Shown piece by piece: positions 49,815-59,235 of a stretch of 64,000 nt of DNA. Source of the DNA: a virus; the IMG/VR virus record IMGVR_UViG_3300037010_002464. The stretch is one strand, 5' to 3'. The notes under the pieces were generated by a model that did no database searches, had not been told where the DNA came from, and worked only from the letters and a program-made list of their open reading frames with translations. The stretch's first letter is position 1, and every line of letters begins with the position of its first letter. The position numbers were made by a program, and so were the translations under genes.

Positions 49815-52800
49815 GCTTCGTCTCCACGTATTATGACAAACGACAAGCAAAGGTGCTTGTCTGGGAAAAGCTAGCCAGCGGGCAGCGTGTTCGTAAGCTC
49901 TACGATCCTCCCTATTATTTTTACAGACGAGATGACGCAGGGCCGTTCATCTCGACTTCGGGCGTGCACCTCAAGAAGGTGAACTGCTCGTCATCGAGCG
50001 ACTTCGACGAAGCTATTGCCGATGCTCAGCTTCGACGCTTGACGCTGTTTGAGTCCGATGTCAATCCGCTCGAGCGGATCCTAATGGATATCTACTCGAC
50101 GAAGCCTGCACCTGAGCTGACTATCGGCCTCCTTGACATCGAAGTTGACTATAACCCAGACATTGGCTATGCGGGCCCTGCCAATCCCTACGCGCCGATC
50201 AACGCTTTCACCCTGTGCGTCAACGGCCGGATGTGCACGGTCGCCGTGCCGCCGAAGAGCTGGGGCCCAGATGACAAGCTGCCTGCTGAGCTGAGCGAGG
50301 TCATCCTGGTCACCAATGAGGTTGAGCTGCTCGAGCTGATGCTCGACTTCCTCCAACCTTGTGACGTGCTGTCGGGCTGGAACTCCGAGTTCTATGACCT
50401 CCCGTACATCGCCAAGCGGATCGAGCTTGTCATGGGCAAGCACGTGCTTGATAGGCTAGCGTTAGAAGGTGGCCCGAGTCCTCGGTGGACTGAGAAGGCA
50501 AGGTTTAAGCACTCGAAGGAGAAGGACCCTGTCATCGACCTGATTAGCCGGGTCCACCTCGACTACCTCCGTCTCTTCCAAAAGTTTGACCTGACCAAGC
50601 GTCAGTCCTACTCCCTGAGCAACGTGTCGCTTGAGGAGCTGAAGGAGGACAAGGTTGAGTTCGACGGCACGCTTGCTGAGCTGTACAACAATGACTTCGT
50701 TAAGTTCGTCACCTACAACATCCATGACGTGACTCTGCTGGTTAGGCTCGATGCGAAGTTCCGCTACATTGAGCTGGCTAACCAGATGGTGCACATGGCC
50801 TCAGTCAACTTTGACTCGGTCTTCGGCTCGGTGCAGCTGATCGACACGGCCATCATGAACTATGCGCACAACACGCTGCAGCGCATCGTCAATGACCGCA
50901 ACGTGCGCCCTGAAGGCGACCCGGTTGAAGGCGCTATCGTGGTCACGCCGAACGTCGGCTTCTACCGGTGGATCGGCGCTTGTGACATCAACTCCTTGTA
51001 CCCAAGCACCATTCGCTCGCTCAACCTGTCCCTCGAGAAGCTCGTAGGGCAGATCATCGGCCCGTCGGACCTCGACAATGGCTGGGTTGAGGTCAAGCTG
51101 CCCAGAGGCGTTAGCACTCACATCGTTTCGAAGAAGTACCGGGTTGACGTGGTCGTGCACCGCAACGCAACCACCACCCGTGCCGTCTGGACGTACTACA
51201 AGGACCTTGACGGCAACGGGGCGACAGATACCAATGTCCGCTACGGCAATCGAACCGAGAACATCACAACGCCGCAAGATGACGCGGTCTATGACGCCAA
51301 CGAGTACGGCTGGCGCGTGTGGTCCGCCGTGGCTCTCGACCCTGAAAGCCCATTCAAGGACTTCATGCTCGATGTTAAGTTCGATCATGACCCGCAAGTG
51401 CTCGCGCTGCCTGCCAATGTCGTCGTCGACTACTGCAAGGAGAACAAGTGCGCGGTCTCGGCTTACGGCACGATCCTCGATCAGGGTAACGGCCAAGGCC
51501 TGGTCCCTGAGGTGCTGACCTCCTGGTTCTTCGGTCGGAAGGAGATGCAGGCTGAGAAGAAGAAGTACGGCAAGCTAGCTGACAAGCTGCTCGCCGAAGG
51601 CAAGACGGAGAAGGACCCTGAGGTCATCGAGGCGAAGCGCCTAGCAGGCTACTACGACATGCTTCAAGGCGTGCGCAAGGTGCTGCTCAACTCCACCTAC
51701 GGCGCTATGCTGAATGAGTACTGCCGCTTCGGCGACCCACGCATCGGCGCCTCGGTCACCTACAGCGGTCGACAGATCACCAACACGATGATCAACACGG
51801 TGTCGAAGAGCCTGGCGCCTACAGGTCAAGCTCCGCTGATGCTGAAGACCTTTGACCCGCACTCGAAAAAGGACTCGAAGACAGGGACCGACGGCAAGCA
51901 TAACTTGCGCTGGGGGCAAAACGCATACTCGATCATCATCACGCCTGGTGCCGGCCCCATCTATGGCGACACCGACTCGGTCTACTTCACATACGAGAGC
52001 ATCGTCAAGGGCATCGATGACGTTGACGTGCTGGTTGAGGCAGCGAACGCTATCGCTGATGACATCAATGACGCCTTCCCGCCGTTCATGGTCTCAGGTT
52101 TCAACTGTCAGCCAGGCTTCGAGACTTTGATCAAGGCCAACCGTGAGCTCGTGTGCCGGACCGGCCTGATTCAGGCCAAGAAGAAGTACATGATGCTGGT
52201 CGTCGACAAGGAAGGCAAGCGCATCAACCCGGGCGACGAGGACGAGCTGAAGACCATGGGATCGGACATCCGCCTCTCGTCAACGCCGACCGTCATCCGT
52301 CACATGCTGACGGACGTGGTGATGAAGCTGCTCAATGAACGGTCCAAGAGCGAGATCGACAAGGTGGTCATCGACTTCCGGAACTCGCTTGGCACTACTA
52401 CGGTCACTGACCAGATCAACCCGCTTGATATCGCGATGGTCACCTCGGTCAACAACCTCGACGAAGCGTGGACGCTGTGGGACAGGCTCGAACGCAACGG
52501 CTTGAGTAAGGTCAAGATTGCGCCAAACGCCCGCAACGCTGTCAACCACAACTACATGCTGGAGCATTTTAAGGTGCTAGACGGGGTCCCTATTAAGTCA
52601 GGGGATAAGATCAAAACCCTGTGGCTCCTAGATAACGCTTTCGGCTTCAAGAGCATCTCCTTTACCTCAGAAACTGAGGACTTGCCCCTTTGGTTTACCC
52701 GCAATTTTCAGGTAGACCGAAAGCTAATGGAGCAAAAGCTCGTGGACAATAAGCTCGAACTCATCTTCACCCCGATGAACTGGGAGGTCCCTACCTACCA

Positions 52801-52834
52801 ATCTCAGCTCATCAACAACCTCCTGGACTTTTAA
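49811..52834 (+). CDS. Family B DNA polymerase
   Basis: DIE, GWNS..YDLPY, YNIHD exonuclease motifs; DINSLYPS, KVLLNSTYG, YGDTDS, KKKY. Confidence 0.97.
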   Translation: MSFVSTYYDKRQAKVLVWEKLASGQRVRKLYDPPYYFYRRDDAGPFISTSGVHLKKVNCSSSSDFDEAIADAQLRRLTLFESDVNPLERILMDIYSTKPAPELTIGLLDIEVDYNPDIGYAGPANPYAPINAFTLCVNGRMCTVAVPPKSWGPDDKLPAELSEVILVTNEVELLELMLDFLQPCDVLSGWNSEFYDLPYIAKRIELVMGKHVLDRLALEGGPSPRWTEKARFKHSKEKDPVIDLISRVHLDYLRLFQKFDLTKRQSYSLSNVSLEELKEDKVEFDGTLAELYNNDFVKFVTYNIHDVTLLVRLDAKFRYIELANQMVHMASVNFDSVFGSVQLIDTAIMNYAHNTLQRIVNDRNVRPEGDPVEGAIVVTPNVGFYRWIGACDINSLYPSTIRSLNLSLEKLVGQIIGPSDLDNGWVEVKLPRGVSTHIVSKKYRVDVVVHRNATTTRAVWTYYKDLDGNGATDTNVRYGNRTENITTPQDDAVYDANEYGWRVWSAVALDPESPFKDFMLDVKFDHDPQVLALPANVVVDYCKENKCAVSAYGTILDQGNGQGLVPEVLTSWFFGRKEMQAEKKKYGKLADKLLAEGKTEKDPEVIEAKRLAGYYDMLQGVRKVLLNSTYGAMLNEYCRFGDPRIGASVTYSGRQITNTMINTVSKSLAPTGQAPLMLKTFDPHSKKDSKTGTDGKHNLRWGQNAYSIIITPGAGPIYGDTDSVYFTYESIVKGIDDVDVLVEAANAIADDINDAFPPFMVSGFNCQPGFETLIKANRELVCRTGLIQAKKKYMMLVVDKEGKRINPGDEDELKTMGSDIRLSSTPTVIRHMLTDVVMKLLNERSKSEIDKVVIDFRNSLGTTTVTDQINPLDIAMVTSVNNLDEAWTLWDRLERNGLSKVKIAPNARNAVNHNYMLEHFKVLDGVPIKSGDKIKTLWLLDNAFGFKSISFTSETEDLPLWFTRNFQVDRKLMEQKLVDNKLELIFTPMNWEVPTYQSQLINNLLDF

Positions 52835-52837
52835 CAC

Positions 52838-53377
52838 ATGACATGCATAGTAGGACTTGAAGCAGACGGCAAGGTTTACCTGGCTGGTGACATCCAAGGC
52901 ACCGGTTGGAACAACAAGGTCGTGCACACGCAGCCCAAGGTTTTCGCCAAAGGCGAGCTGGTCTTTGGCTTCACAACCAGCTATCGGTTTGGTCAGCTGG
53001 TCGAGCATGCGCTAGGCAACCCGGTTATCCCGGCCAATGATGATGAGGTTTACCGTTGGTTGATCACCGTCATGGTGCCCCAGCTGCGGGCGGCCCTCAA
53101 GGACGGCGGCTATGAAAGGGGCGGCAACGCGCTAATCGGCCTGCGTGGCCAGCTGTGGGAGCTGCAGGATGACTGGAGCGTGCTTCGCAGCAAGCTGGGT
53201 TACAGCGCCGTCGGCTCAGGCTGTGAATATGCTCACGGCGCTATGCATACTTACAACAAGATCGGCGGCGTGTTCACCGCACAGACCGCTGAACGCGCTC
53301 TCAAGATCGCTGTCGAAGCAGCCGGCACGTTCTCGCCGTCGGTAGGCCTGGAAGCCACGGTGATTAGCACCCAGTAA
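52838..53377 (+). CDS. HslV/proteasome-beta-like Ntn peptidase
   Basis: N-terminal M-T-C-I-V-G, AGD, K at the expected position, YSAVGSG. Confidence 0.8.
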   Translation: MTCIVGLEADGKVYLAGDIQGTGWNNKVVHTQPKVFAKGELVFGFTTSYRFGQLVEHALGNPVIPANDDEVYRWLITVMVPQLRAALKDGGYERGGNALIGLRGQLWELQDDWSVLRSKLGYSAVGSGCEYAHGAMHTYNKIGGVFTAQTAERALKIAVEAAGTFSPSVGLEATVISTQ

Positions 53378-53444
53378 ATATGCCTCCCTGATAGGCATAA
53401 GATACAATCAATCCGCTCGCACATCTTCGCGACATAATCCACAT

Positions 53445-54164
53445 ATGAAACTCTCAGCACAAACCATCGCGTCAGTTGATAACCTCCTCACCACGCTGAA
53501 CACCATCGGCATCGAAAAGGTAATCGTCGAGCCAGGCAAGATCCGCGCCATCGACGAGAAGCGCACCGTCGGCGTTGTCACCGACCAGCAAGTGCCCGAC
53601 CTCGAGGGCAAGACCTTGGCCGTCAGCCGCATCAAGGCCTTGAAGGATCGGCTCAACTTGGCCAAAGCCCAGGGCAACGTCGGCATCACGGCTACCGCGG
53701 GCTCCGGCACCGACATCAGCATGCTCGAGCTGGCCGCCGGCCGCTCCAAGACCCAGTTCCGCTGCTCGGCCTCTGACGCTGTCAAGATCCCCAAGGCGAT
53801 CAACGACACGCCGGCTTATGAGGTCCTCATCTCGGTCAAGCAGATTCCGCTGATCGCTCAAGCCGACTCGGCCATGGCGACCGACGGCATCACCATCGCC
53901 TCCAAGGACGGCTCCGTGGTCTCCATCGAGCTCGTGGATTCGACCAAGGACGTGTACACCTTCGAGGTCGAGAAGGCAGCATCGCCAGTCAACGGTCAAA
54001 AGGCCGGCAGCTTCGTCTTCAAGTACACCAGCAAGTCCCTGCTGTCCCTGCTGCGTGAAGCCGCCAAGACCGCAGGCGATGACGTTAAGCTGAAGATCGG
54101 CTCGGGCGGCATGCTGTTCGTCGACGTCGCTGGCTACAACTTCTTCACGCTGCCGCAAGCATGA
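53445..54164 (+). CDS. Putative sliding clamp (gp45-like)
   Basis: MKLS..T start, 239 aa with a two-domain alpha/beta pattern, near PolB. Confidence 0.6.
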   Translation: MKLSAQTIASVDNLLTTLNTIGIEKVIVEPGKIRAIDEKRTVGVVTDQQVPDLEGKTLAVSRIKALKDRLNLAKAQGNVGITATAGSGTDISMLELAAGRSKTQFRCSASDAVKIPKAINDTPAYEVLISVKQIPLIAQADSAMATDGITIASKDGSVVSIELVDSTKDVYTFEVEKAASPVNGQKAGSFVFKYTSKSLLSLLREAAKTAGDDVKLKIGSGGMLFVDVAGYNFFTLPQA

Positions 54165-54739
54165 GCTGGCTGAAGGCGTTCATCCACAAGTACATCCTGA
54201 CTAAGGCCCCTTGGTCGGTGACTACCGATGACGGCAAGACCCTGCAGGTGTTGGACTACAACGCCGCATTCGTGCAGGGTCTTCGCGAGGAGCTGAAGGA
54301 CCAGATCCACGGCGTCAAAACCGACGCCGACGTGGTCACCCTTTGGGTTGGTCGGTACAACCATGAGCGTGAGGCTCCTCGCCTCGACGTTGTGCATGGT
54401 GACATCACGGCTGACGGCCGGGTAAGCATCAAGCTCGAGTGGAATGACGCCTTCATCCGCATGCTGCAAAATGCAGGCATTGAAGGCGCCACCGAAGACG
54501 AGCTTGTGCGTGTCTACCTGGCGACCGTGACGGCCAATGCGGCTCGTGACGTTGACGATGACCTGGTCATGGACAACGCGCCGATCCCACCTGAAGCGCT
54601 CGCTCGCGCCGAAGGAGGCAAGGACACGAAGCCTTCCTCGAAGGACGTGACCGCTATCCTCGACAGCATGGACCCTGACGTGCTGAAGATGTTCGAGAAG
54701 GACATCCGCAGCCGTGCCGCCCGCAGGAAGCGTGGCTAA
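54161..54739 (+). CDS. Conserved hypothetical protein with an internal repeat
   Basis: LDYNAAFVQGL / LEWNDAFIRML duplicated motif. Confidence 0.6.
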   Translation: MSWLKAFIHKYILTKAPWSVTTDDGKTLQVLDYNAAFVQGLREELKDQIHGVKTDADVVTLWVGRYNHEREAPRLDVVHGDITADGRVSIKLEWNDAFIRMLQNAGIEGATEDELVRVYLATVTANAARDVDDDLVMDNAPIPPEALARAEGGKDTKPSSKDVTAILDSMDPDVLKMFEKDIRSRAARRKRG

Positions 54740-54758
54740 CTCTTACTTAGGACTCATC

Positions 54759-55034
54759 ATGACCGTACGTGCAAAGTTCATCTGCTCAGCCGTGCTGCCT
54801 AACTTCGGCAGCTCGACCGTCTTCCACTTCAACGCTGTCTACAGCAATGACCCCAACAACGAGAACAAGGCGTTCTCCGACGCTACCCCGTCGGGCTACA
54901 TGCAGATCGCCATCGACAACAGCAAGCCTGCTGCAACGATGTTCAAGCAGGGGCAAGAGTACTACTTCGACATTACGCCGGTCGGCAAGCCTGTGCCTGA
55001 AACCATGGTCGGCGTCAGCGGCTCGAGGGGCTAA
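54759..55034 (+). CDS. Small conserved phage protein
   Basis: VRAKF...NENKAFSDATPSG...IDN...F..GQEYYFDITP. Confidence 0.65.
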   Translation: MTVRAKFICSAVLPNFGSSTVFHFNAVYSNDPNNENKAFSDATPSGYMQIAIDNSKPAATMFKQGQEYYFDITPVGKPVPETMVGVSGSRG

Positions 55035-55036
55035 GC

Positions 55037-55264
55037 GTGGATAAGTTCATCGACATTGTCGGCTCGATCGTTTCGATCATCCTCATCGTGCTCGTGCAGA
55101 GCGCCTTCGCAGCGTTGCCGTTTTGGCTCGCGTGGAACGCGCTGGCGCCTGACTACTTCATGACCCTGCCGCCCGCTTGGCACCACCTGCCCTTCCTGGA
55201 CGCGTGGGTCATGGTCATCGGTGTTCGCACGCTGACTTACAACGGCTCATCGAGCAAGAGCTAA
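55037..55264 (+). CDS. Small membrane protein
   Basis: Hydrophobic; WLAWN..P..F motif. Confidence 0.6.
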   Translation: MDKFIDIVGSIVSIILIVLVQSAFAALPFWLAWNALAPDYFMTLPPAWHHLPFLDAWVMVIGVRTLTYNGSSSKS

Positions 55265-55917
55265 GCATGCAGATGGTCACGGATTCGTTTTCTTGACCAT
55301 CCTAACGCTTTGGCTGCTGCTGAAACGCTGATGTAATGTACTCCGTCGACGATGCATTCGGTTCCACGTTTAGGAACTTCAATTCTTGTTCGACGGCTGA
55401 TTGTCATTCGTTGCCTAGTTTCATCGGTGATGGGATCACGTTTCCTTCCGAGCTGAGTTACGCTAATAGCAAGCCGGGTTTGAAATGTATGCCGTCTACC
55501 AGAACTAGATGCACCAATGTTTTTCTTATGTTCCTCCGAGAAGGTTCGGCCTTTGAGAGCATTAGAAAGTCTTTGTCGTGTTATAGTTGAAAAACCCTGC
55601 CGCCGCGTTTAGGCATAAACCTTAAGCTGCCGTTGAATATGACATGACGATTGATGATCAGCTTGTCACGGCGGTGCTCTAGAATGAGCTGTTGTTCAAA
55701 ATCATATGCATCAGTTGCTGCCCAAAACTCAGCAATAATTACCCAAGTCAAAGTTTTCAAATCCTAGACCTCTAACATACTTTGATGACTTGTATAGTGG
55801 CAGGTCTTGATCGGCTGGCAAAATGTTAGCTTCTCGGTAACCAATATAGAATTGACCTGTCTGCTTATGTGTAAGCATGTAGACGTACGGTAGGGTTTTT
55901 ATGCATTCATTAGTCAT
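55261..55917 (-). pseudogene. GIY-YIG homing endonuclease (NUMOD3 + HTH tail) with three frameshifts
   Basis: PYVY...FYIGYR / WVIIAEF..AYDFEQQLI / KGRTFSEEHKKNI / VDGVHYISVSAAAKALG lie in successive frames. Confidence 0.8.
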
Positions 55918-56926
55918 TGACGTTTCAAACATCCTCTTCAGGGTCGCCGCGATGCAAAAACATCAAGGTGGTCCAGCTAATTATAGCGCCAGCATAGACG
56001 ACTTAGTTGGCTTGTCTATGCACATAGCTATTATGAGCATCTACAAGTGGTACAAGAAGTTCAAGCCGGACTTCTTGGTCTTCAGCTTTGAAGGTGGCGG
56101 CAACTGGCGGAAGAAGTACACGGCGGAGCATACGATGATCCGGCGGCAGTACAAGGCCAATCGGATTCCCGACCCCGAGATGGCCCACTTCTACAAGCTC
56201 ATCGACGCCTTCAAGGAGACGATGAAGGAGCACACCTCTATCTGCTGCATCAGCGTGCAGGATATGGAAGGTGATGACGTAATCGCCGCCTACTGTCAGA
56301 TCAACGCTTCGCCCGAGAACCGCATCACGATCGTGTCAGGAGACAAGGACTTCACACAGCTCACCAAGCTGCCGAATGTCAAGCTTGTCAACCCTGACAA
56401 CGGCAAAGAGCGCAACCAGCCAGGCGACAAGGACTACGAGCCCGACATCGACTACTGGCTCTTCCTTAAGTGCGTTCGCGGAGACAGCGGCGACAACGTG
56501 CCGTCAGCGTATCCACGCGTCTTTGAGAAGAAGATCCGTGAGGCTTACAGCGACGATTACACACGGCTGAACTTCATGAACGCTACGTGGAAGGACGAGA
56601 ACTTAACCGAGCACCGTGTCGGCGACCTCTACAAGCACAACGAGGTTCTCATGGACCTAACGAAGCAGCCCGATGACATCAGGCTGAAGCTGTTAAAAGG
56701 CGTCATCATGCAGTCAGATCCAGCGGCTCTCGCCTCTTACTCGCACTTTCACTTCTTGCGGTTCTTGGGCAAGTACAAGCTGAACAAGGTGGCCGAAGAG
56801 GCCAACAAATTCATCGACATGTTCATGAACAACCAACGCTACCTCAAGGGTGACAAGCCTAAGGCTCACACGGTTCTCGTCGAGAAGCCGGCTGAGCCTG
56901 AAGGTGACGGCCTTCTCGCATTCTAA
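55901..56926 (+). CDS. RNase H / 5'-3' flap exonuclease (T4 Rnh-like)
   Basis: IDVSN, WRK, YKANR, EGDDVIA, SGDKDFTQL, GDSGDNVP. Confidence 0.92.
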   Translation: MHSLVIDVSNILFRVAAMQKHQGGPANYSASIDDLVGLSMHIAIMSIYKWYKKFKPDFLVFSFEGGGNWRKKYTAEHTMIRRQYKANRIPDPEMAHFYKLIDAFKETMKEHTSICCISVQDMEGDDVIAAYCQINASPENRITIVSGDKDFTQLTKLPNVKLVNPDNGKERNQPGDKDYEPDIDYWLFLKCVRGDSGDNVPSAYPRVFEKKIREAYSDDYTRLNFMNATWKDENLTEHRVGDLYKHNEVLMDLTKQPDDIRLKLLKGVIMQSDPAALASYSHFHFLRFLGKYKLNKVAEEANKFIDMFMNNQRYLKGDKPKAHTVLVEKPAEPEGDGLLAF

Positions 56927-56934
56927 AGGCAAGC

Positions 56935-57057
56935 ATGAGCATCCTTAGAAAAGCCTGGTCAGCTGTTCTCTTTCCTGTCTGGCTTGTGTTCTTCTTCCTC
57001 CTGCTCGCTGTTGCTCGGCGAGAGGGAGAGGCATGGACAGACGAGGATTTTGAGTGA
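56935..57057 (+). CDS. 40-aa single-TM protein
   Basis: MSILRKAWSAVLFPVWLVFFFLLLAVARREGEAWTDEDFE. Confidence 0.5.
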   Translation: MSILRKAWSAVLFPVWLVFFFLLLAVARREGEAWTDEDFE

Positions 57058-57170
57058 AGAGGATATTTACCAAAACTCGAGTCGTAAACATCATCCTCAC
57101 GGTGTTTGCATAAATATTGGGCGGTAAATAAAATCGAGCATAGCTCGATCACATATCACACGGGAACACC

Positions 57171-57662
57171 ATGGCAACCGACAAGCAAGTTACGAAGACA
57201 GCCGAACCGGCTAAGGATCCGAACGCCAACAAGGGCGGGATCATCATGCATCCGACGCGCCTCAAGCACGTCTTCTACGTTGACGTGAACGACAGCGGTC
57301 AATTCCGCGAAGTCGCTGTCATCAAGGAGTGGCCGAACGGCTCGCTGTCGTACATCGACATCGGCCTGATCGACCAAGTTGACCGCGGCCGCCTGAAGAA
57401 GGTGCTGATGTCGGGCCACGCCGACAAGTACGAGCTGTGGGACCTGCTCAGCCAAGAGCGCCTGTCGAACGGTAAGAACGCCCTCGATTACTTCCACCAG
57501 ATGACCCGGACCAAGAAGGCTGCAGGTCACATCGACTCCCTGATGGGTCAAGGTGGCGGCTCGCTCTTCGACGCCGACCTCCGGCCTGAAGGCAACGTCG
57601 TTGTCGGCTCCGCATTCACGGACACGACATCCGGCGTCGTTGACTCGACCAGTCACCTGTAA
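57171..57662 (+). CDS. Conserved hypothetical late protein
   Basis: Tandem TAAATA at 57111 and 57125; strong codon bias; LSNGKNALDYFHQ. Confidence 0.7.
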   Translation: MATDKQVTKTAEPAKDPNANKGGIIMHPTRLKHVFYVDVNDSGQFREVAVIKEWPNGSLSYIDIGLIDQVDRGRLKKVLMSGHADKYELWDLLSQERLSNGKNALDYFHQMTRTKKAAGHIDSLMGQGGGSLFDADLRPEGNVVVGSAFTDTTSGVVDSTSHL

Positions 57663-57670
57663 ATACAGGT

Positions 57671-57955
57671 CCGCAGCCTTCGGGCTGCAAACAAGCGCAA
57701 GCTTGGTGAGCCGCCTCCACAGCTCGAACTCGAGCGGAGGATTCAGGCACCTGACGGGTGTCCGGCTCACGGCTTGTGCACATAGCGATCCTAGGTACGC
57801 GCCGCGTCCGGATCGGCATAGCAGATCAGAGGGCGCCACCCCTCTGTCATTCTTCCCAAGTTGCGGCACGTGCTGCATGTAGCTTGGCTCATCAGCTAAT
57901 CTTCAAAGCTCTTCGCTTCACGGCGGAGTCATCTTTGGCGTCTTAGCAAACTGAC
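57671..57955 (+). ncRNA. Candidate structured RNA / long leader
   Basis: Follows TAAATA 57660; six consecutive paired domains, including a UUCG hairpin and a three-way junction. Confidence 0.6.
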
Positions 57956-57970
57956 CATGGAGACATCATC

Positions 57971-58501
57971 ATGAAACAGCTTCTATGCTTCTTTGCTCTA
58001 ATCTTCGCCCTTACCGCTCACGCAGACAATGTCGAGTGCCCTGCAGCCACGCTTGTGGCTGATCAAACTCTCGCTGAGTACACAATGCAAGTCGCGACCG
58101 CTGACGGTCATAAGGAGCCAAAGTACGTCGTCGGCGTGCTAAAGGTTGAGAGCAAGCTTGGAGAGAGCAAGCACCGTGTTGTTAAGCAGGGTAGCAGCAC
58201 CTTCTATGGCGTTGGGCAAGTCTCAATCGGCGCCGCAAAAGCCGTCATGAAGCGCTTCTCCGACCTCTGGAACGACTTTGACACCCGCAGCGATGAAGAA
58301 CTGAAGGCCCGGCTGATCTTAGATGACCGGTTCAACGCTAGCGTCACAAGCAAGTACCTGCTAATGATGGGAGTCAACAAGAATGCGGCAAAGGGGATCG
58401 CCGCTTACAACCTAGGTGAAGGAGGCGTACAGCAGGTCAACGCTGCCACACATCCTTATACCCGCAAGGTCATGACAGCCGCTGCTGCATACAAGCTATG
58501 A
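57971..58501 (+). CDS. Secreted lytic transglycosylase (SLT-like)
   Basis: Signal peptide ending AHA; KVES, YGVGQV, AYNLG motifs. Confidence 0.8.
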   Translation: MKQLLCFFALIFALTAHADNVECPAATLVADQTLAEYTMQVATADGHKEPKYVVGVLKVESKLGESKHRVVKQGSSTFYGVGQVSIGAAKAVMKRFSDLWNDFDTRSDEELKARLILDDRFNASVTSKYLLMMGVNKNAAKGIAAYNLGEGGVQQVNAATHPYTRKVMTAAAAYKL

Positions 58502-58835
58502 CCCATTCAAGCACCGAGTCCTGCTTGTAGATTGCGGCCAGCCACTGAACATCGCCGTTACCTGTGCGAATGCACAGCATTCGATCAGGCTGCGCTGACG
58601 GCCAAAGCATAACATAGGCTGAGGAGACGGCTGGCTTGCTAATTGCCAGCACAGCCGCATTCGCATCGAAGAACACAGGGTTGATACGATGGCGTGCTGC
58701 GTTAAGAGCGCCAGCTTCGATGCTGGAAAGCCTAGTAATTTTTACAGTCACGTCGTCAAGGCTATCAATGATGTTCTGCTGGAGCGTCAACAGGATGCGG
58801 CGCTGCTCGTTCTCAAACAATGCTTGTAGCTTCAT
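58470..58835 (-). CDS. QQ-helix family protein
   Basis: MKLQALFENEQRRILLTLQQNIIDSLD. Confidence 0.75.
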   Translation of the reverse strand: MKLQALFENEQRRILLTLQQNIIDSLDDVTVKITRLSSIEAGALNAARHRINPVFFDANAAVLAISKPAVSSAYVMLWPSAQPDRMLCIRTGNGDVQWLAAIYKQDSVLEWVIACMQQRLS

Positions 58836-59185
58836 TACCAGCTCTTAATCGGTGTTGATCCGTCGATGAGCCGCGCCAGAGCTTCGTCATAAGAAGCGAC
58901 CTCCACACGACTGTTTGAGACGCTATACAGCGATTTATCGCGTAAGGGTAAGTAACTTCTGAGGTGATGCCCAAGTTGAACTTGAACAATCGCGTCAAAG
59001 CCAAGCTCCCTTACTCGTCGTTGAGCGTCTTCATCATGGTCTGACCTAGCCCAGTGTTTGAATGCCTTGTCAACCGGCACGATCTTAACCTTGACGCTGT
59101 CAGGCGCGTCATCAATGAACCGCTGTTGAAGCTTTAGCAGCTGTTCTTTAGACGATGATTCAAGCAATGACTGTAGTAGCTCCAT
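58835..59185 (-). CDS. QQ-helix family protein
   Basis: MELLQSLLESSSKEQLLKLQQRFIDDAPD; minus-strand TAAATA at 59190-95. Confidence 0.75.
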   Translation of the reverse strand: MELLQSLLESSSKEQLLKLQQRFIDDAPDSVKVKIVPVDKAFKHWARSDHDEDAQRRVRELGFDAIVQVQLGHHLRSYLPLRDKSLYSVSNSRVEVASYDEALARLIDGSTPIKSW

Positions 59186-59235
59186 CTCATATTTACAAAA
59201 TGCCTAAGTAGGCCGCCCAAGAATACAATACTCGG

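Noticed and set aside
52560-52760. Local codon-usage shift near the PolB 3' end
   Set aside because: Judged only by eye; no promoter or element identified
49811-52834. Possible intein or intron in the DNA polymerase
   Set aside because: Insertions lack Cys/Ser-start and His-Asn-end splice motifs; the frame is continuous
57553-57882. 109-aa and 62-aa ORFs over the structured intergenic region
   Set aside because: Poor starts, atypical composition and codon usage; pairing patterns explain the sequence better
57888-57910. TCAGCTAA resembling the 3' end of the c-di-AMP (ydaO) riboswitch before a wall hydrolase
   Set aside because: The other conserved ydaO elements (GCUGAA, GGGGA/GGGGUGAAU) are not evident; left to an Rfam scan
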